Shown here: positions 29,510 to 38,438 of the stretch, piece after piece
How positions within the stretch are numbered: the stretch's first letter is position 1
Layout of the letters: every line of letters begins with the position of its first letter
NCBI GenBank assembly: GCA_965233585.1
Contig: CBDDTI010000746.1
Coordinates: forward strand, 64,001 to 128,000
DNA from: a bacterium
GTDB taxonomy: Bacteria > SAR324 > NAC60-12
Direction: 5' to 3'
DNA length: 64,000 bases
Position numbers and translations under genes: made by a program
The notes under the pieces: generated by a model
Databases searched by the model: none
What the model was told of the DNA's origin: nothing
What the model saw: only the letters and a program-made list of their open reading frames with translations

Positions 29510-29940
29510 AGATTGCTGGACAAGACACGCCTGCAAATTCCTCTGTCATTCTGCACTTGATGCGGAATTTATCACCAAACCAAGCATGGACTCCTGCTTT
29601 CGCTCCGAATGACGGAAACACAAGCCCGCAAGTTACAACGTAGGGACAAACCCAAGTTTGTCCTGTGTTTTAAGAAGAATGAGATTGCGGGGTCAAGCCC
29701 GCAATGACGGGAACACAAACACGCGATGACAAGGAGACGCACGCAAGTTACAACGTAGGGACAAACCCAAGTGTTTGTCCTGTGTTTTAAGAAGAATGAG
29801 ATTGCATGTCAAGGTGAGCCATGACTACCCCGTCATTCTGTGCTTGATGCGGAATCTATCACCAAACTCAGCATGGATTCCTAAACGTGACTGGATTCCT
29901 GCCTTCGCAGGAATGACATTTTTCAAACCTGCAATGACAA
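29510..29940. repeat. REP-like cluster with two GTAG palindromes and gene-free TCAAG sites
   Basis: GTAG elements at 29640 and 29755, each followed by GATTGC..TCAAG..ATGAC. Confidence 0.88.
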
Positions 29941-29943
29941 ACG

Positions 29944-32900
29944 TTACGAACGAGCAGGAATTTCCACACCGCACAAGTAGTAAAAGGTTTTACTACCATA
30001 ATGTCTTCTACTCCAAGTGCCACTTGAGCCTGAATTAATGTTTACGACACGAGTCATAGTATCCCCCCCTGCGTTAGCAGTCAGATAATAAGTGCTAGTA
30101 CCACCGATTATATCTTTAGCTAGTGTCCTACCTCCGCCAGAGGTGGTTTCAGGCATGAAGTTGTGAGAATTGACATTTTGGTAACTGAACATGTTTTTGC
30201 AAGTATTAGCATCATAAGCTGGTACGGTATTGCCTTCTTTGCGATAGAACCAGAGTTTGCCGTCTTTGTCCAGATGGAAGTCATCACCTTTGAGCTTTGT
30301 GAATCCTCCAACATCAAACTCTTTGATGGCATTGGTGGAGTCATGGGTGTCGTTGTTGGTGGTGAATGACAGGACGTTGCCAGCCAAATCTTTAAGCGGT
30401 TTGGCACCGATGCTAGTCATAATCCCAATTTGATAAGTGGCATTGAGCTTCCAAGTTTCTTTGGGAATGATGACATGGTTCTTGCCATTTCCTTTTTTGA
30501 CAAAGACGGCATCGCAGTTGACAAAGCCATCAGCAGAGACAAGCAAGGTGTTTGCCGTGGTAGAGCAAGCACCTCTGGTGCTTTGAGAGACCAATGTCTG
30601 TTCTGTGTCTAATTTCAAAACAGAACGTCCATAGGCTTTGCCTGCTGAATCCTGCATTTTAGACATAGCACTCAAAGAACTTACATCAACCCAGACATCG
30701 TTGACTTCGCCTCCATCATTCCCTCCTAACACCCAGATTCTGTTGTTGAACACCAGACTGCTATGAGCCAAACGTGCTGCCCAGCCCGCAGAGGCAGTGC
30801 TTTCAGTCCAAGTGCTGCCGTCACTAGAAGACCAGACATCGTTTTTGTAGCCTCTTGCAGCCCCACCTAATACCCACATTTTTCCATTGAAAACAACAGC
30901 TTGATGAGAAACACGTGCTGCCCAATCTGCGGAGGCAGTGCTTTGAGTCCAATTGACGCCATCGCTAGAATGCCAGACATCGTTGACTCCGCCTCTAGAA
31001 TTCCCTCCTAGCACCCACATTTTTCCATTGAACACCACACTGCTATGACTAGAGCGAGCAGACCAGCCCGCAGAGGCAGTGCTTTGAGTCCAATTGACGC
31101 CATCGCTAGAAGACCAGACATCGTTTTTTCTGACTCTATCATTCCCTCCTAACACCCAGATTTTGCTATTAAACACCACACTGCTATGACTAGAGCGAGC
31201 AGACCAGCCCGCAGAGGCAGTGCTTTGAGTCCAATTGACGCCATCGCTAGAAGACCAGACATCGTTTTTATTGCTTCCATCATATCCTCCGATGACCCAG
31301 ATTTTGCCATTAAACACCACACTGCTATGACTAGAGCGAGCCGACCAGCCTGCTGAGTCCGTGGCTTCAGTCCAAGTGCTGCCATCGCTAGAGTACCAGA
31401 CATCGTTGACTACGCCTCCATCAGTCCCTCCTAACACCCAGATTTTGCCATTGAACAGGACACTACTATGCCCGTAACGTTCTGACCAGTCTGCTGAGTT
31501 TGTGGCTTCTTTCCAAACGGAGTTGATTTGCACAGCAGGACTTGCGGCAGACAGTGCGGAACAACCAGCCGAATTGCAGCCTTTGACTCTGTAATAGTAA
31601 GAGTCTGCTGGGAGGTCATGCTGTCCATAAGTCGTTGCTGTTGTTGTTGTTGCGGCAATTTGAAAAGCAGAGGCAGTGGTGGTGTGTGATTGGTACAATT
31701 TGTAACTGCTGGCTAGTGATGCAGCATTCCAGACCACTTTAACAGAATCAAGGGCTTCTTTGCTGGCACTGGCAATGGTCGGAATAGCAGGTTTTTCTAT
31801 CAACGTCACGTTTGTTTCACTGGATTTGGCAGATTCTCCCCCAATGTTCACAGCAGAGATTGTGTAGTAGTTGGTTGAGCCGCTGGTCAGTCCTGTATCA
31901 GTGTAGGAAAGGACTGAACCATCAAGAGTTGTATGGACTAAATTGTTGACACTGCCTGAAGTGGTGCCGTGATAGATTTTGTAACTGGTGGCGTCTGACA
32001 CAGCCGACCAAGTGAGCTTAATTTGTGTCTCTGACCCTGTTACTTGAGCCACTGCTAAATCTGCGGGGGTGTCTGGTTTTTCTGTCAAAGTGATGCTTTT
32101 CTCAGTTGATGTGTCAGACTCGCCCCAGAGATTGACCGCAGAGATTTTGTAAAAATAAGTGAGTCCTTTAGTGGGAACTGTGTCCGTGTAAGAAGTGGTT
32201 GTGCCAGTGTGTGCCAGCGAATAAGCCCCGCCTGAAGTTTTGCGATAGACTTTGTAACTGTTCGCTGTCGCAACAGCATTCCAAGTCAGCTGGCTTTTAG
32301 TTTCTGAATTTTGAACTTGAGCCACTGCTAAACCTGTTGGTTTGGCAGGTTTTTCTATCAAAGCAACACTTTTCTCACTTGATTTGGAAGATTCTCCAGC
32401 GACATTGACAGCAGAGATTTTATAGTAGTAAGTGCGTCCTTTGGTGGGCACTGTATCAGTGTAAGTTGTTGCAGAACCATCAGCAGTGGTGTGAACTGAC
32501 GTGTTGACGTTGCCTGAAGTGTTGCTGCGATAGATTTTGTAACTGGTGGCTGATGTGGTGGCATTCCAAGTCAGCTGGCTTTTAGTCTCTGAATTTGCAA
32601 CTTGAGCTACTGCTAATCCTGTTGGTGCAGCAGATTTTTCTACCAGCGTCACGTTTGTTTCACTGGATTTGGCAGATTCTCCCCCAATGTTCACAGCAGA
32701 GATTTGGTAGTAGTAAGTGATTCCTTTAGTCGGAACTGTATCAGTGTAAGTTATTGTAGAACCATCAGCAGTGGTGTGAACTTGTGAGTAGCCTGTGCCT
32801 GAAGCAGTGCTGCGATAGATTTTGTAACTGTTAGCTCCCGTGGTGGCATTCCAAGTCAATTTAGCTTCTGTCTCTGACCCTGCCACTTGAACCACTGCTA

Positions 32901-35061
32901 AGCCTGTTGGTGCAGCAGATTTTTCTATCAACGCCACGCTTTTCTCAACTGATTTGGCAGATTCTCCAGCGACATTGACAGCAGAGATTTTGTAGTAGTA
33001 AGTGTTGCCTTTGGTGAGTCCTGTGTTAGTGTAAGTCGTTGTAGCACCATCATTGATTGTGTGAACTTGTGAGTAGCCTGTGCCTGAAGTGGTGCTGCGA
33101 TAGATTTTGTAACTGGTGGCTCCTGTGACGGCATTCCAAGTCAGCTTTGCCTGTGTCTCTGTTCCTTGAACTTGAACCACTGCCAAGCCTGTTGGTGCAG
33201 CAGTCGGTTTGGTTTGCAAGGTCAAAGAGACGCCTGTTAGATAAGTTTCTCCTGTCTCAGAGACAGCAGAGATGCGGTATTGATAAACTCCTGCTTGAGT
33301 CAATCCTGAATCTGTCCAGCTGGTCGTTGAAGCATCAGCAGTGGTGTGAATCAACTCCCAACTTCCATCTGGTTTTTGACGATAGATTTTGTAATGTTTG
33401 ATGACAGACACATCAACAGGCAGAGACCATGACAAGTTAGCAGTATCGCTAGAACTTTGAGTGGCTTTGGGATTCTGGACAAAACGTCTGGCACTGGCAG
33501 TGAGTGAATCAGTTTGAGCAGAACAAGCAGAGCCTTGGCAGAACTCCAGACGGTAATTGTAAGTTTTGTTGGCATCAACAGAAGTGTCTGAATAAGGAGA
33601 GCTGGCATTGGTTGCAAGTGTTGCAAACGAATCACTTGAAGACAATTTGCGATAGATGTTGTAGCTCATGCCTTGCTTATGCTTCCATGAGATTTGCGGA
33701 GGAGAATTGCCAACAAAGGTGATGTCTTCCACCAGTCCGCTCAAAGCCGCAGAAACCTGACACTCATTGCCTGAAGCGACAAAAGACTCATCGTGTTTGT
33801 TCTGATACTTGACAGCACCACACTGGTTGGCAGTGGCTGGGGTGTAAACATATTGCCCTGATGAGTTCAAAGTCAGTTCACTGTCTGCCTTGACTCCTGC
33901 AATAGCAAGTGCAAATCCTTTGGCTGATGAAGGATTGTTTTGAATCCCTGCTTGAAAAGAGAGGGGAGTTTTTTGATCAAGTCCAAAGCTGGTAGGTGTC
34001 TGGTCATCTTTTTCTCTGACGCCTAGCGAGTATTTAACGGGGTTGCTGTTCCATGATTGCTTGGGAATGACAAGGTATTGACCATCTTGGGTTGGCGTCA
34101 AGTCAACAGGTTCACAAGTGCTGAAGTTGTCTTTGGAGACAAGCAACGTTCCTTTTTGGTTGGAACACGCATGGCTTGCATCATAAGGAGTTTGGGAGGC
34201 AACCAGCGGAGTTTGAGTTTTCAAAAGCAGAGGGCTGAGGGCGAAAGTCTTGCTATCGCTGTCTTGAAGTGTTTGGAGTTCTGCAATCAAGAAAGGGTCG
34301 CAGTTGACTTGAAACTCTTGCATCGGGAGTTGTTCGCTTTTCTCTGGGTCTGCAGTTTTGACTTTCAAACTCACTTTGAGCTTTTTGACTTTGTCAGCAT
34401 AGTCCATCAAGTCAAACTGCATGGCAGACTGACTCATTTCCCCAAGTTTCTTGCCTTCTCCATCATAGATTTCAAGGTCTGCGACATAACCCCTGCTGCC
34501 GACGTTTGCAGTCTGTTCGCCAGACATAGACAGCTGAAACGCACAACTTGACCCTGTGCTTCTTTGATGGGCAAGTTGTCCTGTGATAGGAAAATGCTTG
34601 CCTGCTGGTCTGATTTTGACCTTGACTTCTGTCACGCCTGATTCTCTAAACTGAAAACTCCCAGAAATCCCAGTTTGATGCACTCCGTAACGCACGGATT
34701 CTGTGGCAGTGACGTCTTCTTCTTCATAACCTCTGACTTGAACAATCCAGTCTCCGCTAGTGTCTTCAAAGTCTAATTTGGTGTAGTAATTCTCATCAAG
34801 CCTGAGAACGCTTTTTGCTTTTTCAAATTCTTCTTTGAGAGAAAGCCCTGCTTGGTAGTCTTCTGCTCTAAAAATCAAAGCATAGTTTGACCGAATGGTC
34901 GCTTTGTCCCACTTGGAAGAAGACGCACTTGAGTCTGCCCCAATGGACAACTGCACACTTTCTTTGCCCCCTTCTGAATTACAAGAAGACAGCACCATCA
35001 CGCTTAACAACACACCACCAACCAACTGAAAACCACTTTTGCATTTTTTAAAGAAACTCAT
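29944..35061 (-). CDS. Large surface lipoprotein with about 7 fibronectin type III repeats and a Kelch-like beta-propeller
   Basis: Start MSFFKK (RBS CAGGAGG), lipobox LSSC; FN3 repeats (PTGLAV...LTWNA...SYKIYRS...YYYKISAVN..GES); six SSVVFNGKIWVLGG...NDVWSSSDG repeats. Confidence 0.9.
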   Translation of the reverse strand: MSFFKKCKSGFQLVGGVLLSVMVLSSCNSEGGKESVQLSIGADSSASSSKWDKATIRSNYALIFRAEDYQAGLSLKEEFEKAKSVLRLDENYYTKLDFEDTSGDWIVQVRGYEEEDVTATESVRYGVHQTGISGSFQFRESGVTEVKVKIRPAGKHFPITGQLAHQRSTGSSCAFQLSMSGEQTANVGSRGYVADLEIYDGEGKKLGEMSQSAMQFDLMDYADKVKKLKVSLKVKTADPEKSEQLPMQEFQVNCDPFLIAELQTLQDSDSKTFALSPLLLKTQTPLVASQTPYDASHACSNQKGTLLVSKDNFSTCEPVDLTPTQDGQYLVIPKQSWNSNPVKYSLGVREKDDQTPTSFGLDQKTPLSFQAGIQNNPSSAKGFALAIAGVKADSELTLNSSGQYVYTPATANQCGAVKYQNKHDESFVASGNECQVSAALSGLVEDITFVGNSPPQISWKHKQGMSYNIYRKLSSSDSFATLATNASSPYSDTSVDANKTYNYRLEFCQGSACSAQTDSLTASARRFVQNPKATQSSSDTANLSWSLPVDVSVIKHYKIYRQKPDGSWELIHTTADASTTSWTDSGLTQAGVYQYRISAVSETGETYLTGVSLTLQTKPTAAPTGLAVVQVQGTETQAKLTWNAVTGATSYKIYRSTTSGTGYSQVHTINDGATTTYTNTGLTKGNTYYYKISAVNVAGESAKSVEKSVALIEKSAAPTGLAVVQVAGSETEAKLTWNATTGANSYKIYRSTASGTGYSQVHTTADGSTITYTDTVPTKGITYYYQISAVNIGGESAKSSETNVTLVEKSAAPTGLAVAQVANSETKSQLTWNATTSATSYKIYRSNTSGNVNTSVHTTADGSATTYTDTVPTKGRTYYYKISAVNVAGESSKSSEKSVALIEKPAKPTGLAVAQVQNSETKSQLTWNAVATANSYKVYRKTSGGAYSLAHTGTTTSYTDTVPTKGLTYFYKISAVNLWGESDTSTEKSITLTEKPDTPADLAVAQVTGSETQIKLTWSAVSDATSYKIYHGTTSGSVNNLVHTTLDGSVLSYTDTGLTSGSTNYYTISAVNIGGESAKSSETNVTLIEKPAIPTIASASKEALDSVKVVWNAASLASSYKLYQSHTTTASAFQIAATTTTATTYGQHDLPADSYYYRVKGCNSAGCSALSAASPAVQINSVWKEATNSADWSERYGHSSVLFNGKIWVLGGTDGGVVNDVWYSSDGSTWTEATDSAGWSARSSHSSVVFNGKIWVIGGYDGSNKNDVWSSSDGVNWTQSTASAGWSARSSHSSVVFNSKIWVLGGNDRVRKNDVWSSSDGVNWTQSTASAGWSARSSHSSVVFNGKMWVLGGNSRGGVNDVWHSSDGVNWTQSTASADWAARVSHQAVVFNGKMWVLGGAARGYKNDVWSSSDGSTWTESTASAGWAARLAHSSLVFNNRIWVLGGNDGGEVNDVWVDVSSLSAMSKMQDSAGKAYGRSVLKLDTEQTLVSQSTRGACSTTANTLLVSADGFVNCDAVFVKKGNGKNHVIIPKETWKLNATYQIGIMTSIGAKPLKDLAGNVLSFTTNNDTHDSTNAIKEFDVGGFTKLKGDDFHLDKDGKLWFYRKEGNTVPAYDANTCKNMFSYQNVNSHNFMPETTSGGGRTLAKDIIGGTSTYYLTANAGGDTMTRVVNINSGSSGTWSRRHYGSKTFYYLCGVEIPARS

Positions 35062-35199
35062 CAAAACCTCCTGAAACTTAAACACGAAAAAAGACAATTT
35101 ATGACTAAATGAAAACAAAGAAAATGATACATGAAACAAAAAATACATGCAAGGGGATTTTTGAAAAGAAAGCTGAGTGGTGAGAATTTTTTGAGCTTT

Positions 35200-36549
35200 T
35201 CAAAGACCGCTGACGGCTAATTTTTTGAGCTTAAAAGCGGGGGTACGTATAGAACTTCGGTCGTCCACTTCACAAGCAATCATGGTGATGTTTTTCAGCA
35301 TGTCTTGGAATGTTCCTGCAATGGTGATTTCACAGACTGCCTCTGCTAGTTTGCCATCGCGAATCCATAGACCTTCTGCTCCTTGAGAATAATCGCCTGT
35401 TGTAATGTTGATTCCTTGCCCTTTGAGTGAGGTGATGTAAAGTCCGTCAGAAATAGAGTCAATCAATTCAGATTCTGGGGTATTTCCTGCTTTCAAAATC
35501 AGGTTGGAATGCCCCCCTGCATGCCCTGTTGTTGTCATGCCCAGTTTGTTTGCCGAGTAGGTAGAAAGCATGTAATTTTTCAAGATTCCATTTTCAATAA
35601 GAGTCATCGGCTGTGCTTTGACGCCTTCGCTATCAAAATAACGACTTCCCATTTTTTGTGGCAAAAGAGGGTCATCATACAAACAGATTGATGAGTCTGC
35701 AATCGTTTCATTTAAACAGTCCAGCAAGAAGGATTGTTTTCTGTACAACGCCCCGCCCATCAAAGCACTAGCGATAGACTTCCAGAATGTGCGTGAGGTT
35801 TGTCTGTCAAAAATGACAGGGACTTCGCAAGTTTTAGGCTTGGTGGCATCTAATTTACGCAAAGTACGTTGAATGGCTTCTTGAGCAATGTCGTCATTGT
35901 GTTGGAGTTTGGAATAAAAGCAAGAGGAATCATACCAGCCGTCAGATTGCTTGCGTCCTTGATTTTCTCCGCTTGAATCAGGTGAGTCTATCCATAAAAA
36001 AACACCTTTGGCACATGATGTTCCTGATGTCAATTCTAAAAATCCGTTAGAATCACCATAAATGGAATAGCCTGCTGTATCACTAAAAAAGGCACGGTCG
36101 CATTGACAACGTGAGTCTTGTTTGAAGGCTAACTCTTCCAGTTCTTTAGCACAGCTGATTTTATCAGTAGCAGGGACATCAGCAAGTTGGGCATCTTCTA
36201 AATCTAGGTCGCCTTCGGCTTTGCCTTGTAATTCAGGGTTTGGCAGGGTGTAGTATTCATCTGCTTCCATGTATGGCAGGGATTCAAGAGTAGATTGCAG
36301 TAAGGTTTTCACAGAATCAAGAGACAAGTCATTGGAAGAAAAAGAAGACCGTTTGCCTGACTGACTGACTGTCATGCTTAATCCAGAACTTTGAGACTCT
36401 GAAAGGACTTCAATCTCCCCTTTACGAACTTCTACATTGAAGGAAGACCCTACGTTGAGATTGACTGATGCGATGTCTGCCCCTTGTGTCTGAGCAAATT
36501 TTAAAAGGTCTTCTACTAATTTTTGATGTTTTTGTTGTGTCGCGTTCAT
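35200..36549 (-). CDS. pmbA: TldD/PmbA family protein
   Basis: FDSEGV, LIENGIL..Y, TTGHAGG, NITTGDYSQGAEG.WI.DGK, ITIAG. Confidence 0.9.
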   Translation of the reverse strand: MNATQQKHQKLVEDLLKFAQTQGADIASVNLNVGSSFNVEVRKGEIEVLSESQSSGLSMTVSQSGKRSSFSSNDLSLDSVKTLLQSTLESLPYMEADEYYTLPNPELQGKAEGDLDLEDAQLADVPATDKISCAKELEELAFKQDSRCQCDRAFFSDTAGYSIYGDSNGFLELTSGTSCAKGVFLWIDSPDSSGENQGRKQSDGWYDSSCFYSKLQHNDDIAQEAIQRTLRKLDATKPKTCEVPVIFDRQTSRTFWKSIASALMGGALYRKQSFLLDCLNETIADSSICLYDDPLLPQKMGSRYFDSEGVKAQPMTLIENGILKNYMLSTYSANKLGMTTTGHAGGHSNLILKAGNTPESELIDSISDGLYITSLKGQGINITTGDYSQGAEGLWIRDGKLAEAVCEITIAGTFQDMLKNITMIACEVDDRSSIRTPAFKLKKLAVSGL

Positions 36550-36623
36550 AAGACAATCTGTAAAACAATGTGAATAGGATTAGATGCGTTGAAAAAATGT
36601 TTTGAGATTGAGGAGGTTAGAAA

Positions 36624-37274
36624 CTACTTTGTACAGTATTTTTTATTTGGTATCAATTTGTTTTGAAATCTTGCTTGTGTTAGAAATAGACTAAATTGTT
36701 TTGAGTTTTTCATTTTCCTTGTACCTACCTGCTTTCCTACTAGATTTTGCAAACTGACAACGGCACCAAAAGGGAGAAAGACATCAAAAAATTTTTGATA
36801 ATGTTGTCCCCAGTAAATCATTGCACAAGCCATTGGAGCCCCTTTGCCTTCACTACTTCCATTTTCAAGAAATTTGAGACGAGTATCGTACAAAAAACAA
36901 ATCGCTGTAGCTTGACCCCAAATGTACTCTTTCCAGTGGCTTGTATTAGCAGCCACGGGGATCAATGCTATCACTTCGGAAGCAAATGTTTGGTAGGCAT
37001 GATGACATTTACCGAGCCAATGTTTGATGGTTGTCTTGCGTTCTCTATCTGCTCCGTAAGGAGGATTGACATAGATGGTCGGATAATTCCATTCTTCTAC
37101 TAATCCATTGTGTATTGGCAAAATAAACTCTTTTTTTGCATGAACTACTGACCATTGATTTGAGCAAGGATCTAAATCTATGAATCCCCCAAAGACTTGT
37201 TTGACTGCTTCAACATATTGAGCTGGTGTACACCAATCTACACTTTGAGCATTCACTGTCCTGCCTGCCGTCAT
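36624..37274 (-). CDS. Compact DNA N6-adenine methyltransferase (phage Dam-like)
   Basis: DWCTP, IDLDPCS, IYVNPPYG, IALIP, RLKF. Confidence 0.85.
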   Translation of the reverse strand: MTAGRTVNAQSVDWCTPAQYVEAVKQVFGGFIDLDPCSNQWSVVHAKKEFILPIHNGLVEEWNYPTIYVNPPYGADRERKTTIKHWLGKCHHAYQTFASEVIALIPVAANTSHWKEYIWGQATAICFLYDTRLKFLENGSSEGKGAPMACAMIYWGQHYQKFFDVFLPFGAVVSLQNLVGKQVGTRKMKNSKQFSLFLTQARFQNKLIPNKKYCTK

Positions 37275-37280
37275 TTTTAA

Positions 37281-38429
37281 TTATTCTTTCCAGTTTTTTG
37301 ATGCAAGAATTTGGAGATGAGTTTTGAGGTCTTGTATTGTCAACCTTACTGGCGAAATAGTGTTGAACCAACTTTCTACTTCTTCTAAATTGTCCTGAAA
37401 ATATCTTTGAAGACTCTGATGAGCTTCCCAAGAAATCTGTACCTTTGTAAACCTATTTTTCCCCTTGTCGCCTGTGTAGCTTTGTATGAATGCTTTCTTA
37501 ACTGACTCATACCGTTCAACTGGATTAAGCAATAAATCATCAACAAATTTTCCAAGTCCTTGGTCTGTCAAAAATAGTAGCCAATCGTAGGACTGAGCGA
37601 GTATTTCAAGTTCCTTATTATGATTGTCAGAGGTAAACCAGTTACCATGATTACTCACAATGCCTATCGTAAGAATAAAGTGTCGCAATAGATCTTGATT
37701 GTTGGAGTCAATAATACTTTGACGAAACTCCTCGTAGGGCTTTAAATGCAAAACATCATTTTCAGTTGACAAAGCACCATAAATACTTCCATCAGTCATT
37801 CTAATTTTTTGCAGAGAAGAGATAGACTTTGCAACATAAGCTCCTTGCTTTGCTTTTTCAATGGTTTGGGGACCTTTCTTGATTCCTTCTTCTACGCCAA
37901 CTCTTTTACATTCAAACATAGCAAATGGTTGAGGCAACAGTTTTTGTATCAAAACATTCCAATTTCCCCCAAATTTGTTTTCAAGGTAAGCTAAGACTAG
38001 CTGACGTTCACCTTCATAAATCATGCAAGCGTTCCGTAGCAGTCTTGATTTAGAAAGCAACTGCATATTCTTGAGTTCGTGAGTTGTGCAAAGTGATTGA
38101 TTCAACTTTTTATGAATTTTCTTTGCAGTAAAAGGTAAATCTTTGTCAGACAAAGTGATACGACCTATTTTTTCTGTTGGGTGGAGGGTGAACTCAACAT
38201 TATGTTTAATGCTAGGGTTCGCATACTCCGGAAGGCGTCTTTCTATCACAGTGTGTTTTTCATAATTCCAAGATTTTAGTAAGTAAAAGTTGATGATTTC
38301 TACCAAAGTTCCCAAAGCTCGCCCCGCCGCTTTTTTAGAGTCTTTGGCATAACTGAACACATCATTGGCTAATACTTTTTGGAGTGTATCAATGGAGATA
38401 TAAGCCATGCTTTTAGATTGATGAGTCAA
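37281..38429 (-). CDS. Putative restriction endonuclease
   Basis: GRALGTLVE, HNVEF, FECKRVG (E-x-K) motif; coupled to the MTase gene. Confidence 0.6.
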   Translation of the reverse strand: MTHQSKSMAYISIDTLQKVLANDVFSYAKDSKKAAGRALGTLVEIINFYLLKSWNYEKHTVIERRLPEYANPSIKHNVEFTLHPTEKIGRITLSDKDLPFTAKKIHKKLNQSLCTTHELKNMQLLSKSRLLRNACMIYEGERQLVLAYLENKFGGNWNVLIQKLLPQPFAMFECKRVGVEEGIKKGPQTIEKAKQGAYVAKSISSLQKIRMTDGSIYGALSTENDVLHLKPYEEFRQSIIDSNNQDLLRHFILTIGIVSNHGNWFTSDNHNKELEILAQSYDWLLFLTDQGLGKFVDDLLLNPVERYESVKKAFIQSYTGDKGKNRFTKVQISWEAHQSLQRYFQDNLEEVESWFNTISPVRLTIQDLKTHLQILASKNWKE

Positions 38430-38438
38430 ATGAAACTT

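Noticed and set aside
24301..29940. CRISPR array
   Set aside because: Repeats are heterogeneous palindromes at irregular spacing separated by genes; no unique ~30-bp spacers and no cas genes
24301..29940. Classical integron
   Set aside because: No intI in the window; I saw no consistent RYYYAAC...GTTRRRY attC ends; all units are paralogs with their own promoter candidates
29944..35061. Diversity-generating retroelement target
   Set aside because: No reverse transcriptase gene in the window and no template/variable repeat pair with adenine-specific differences was seen
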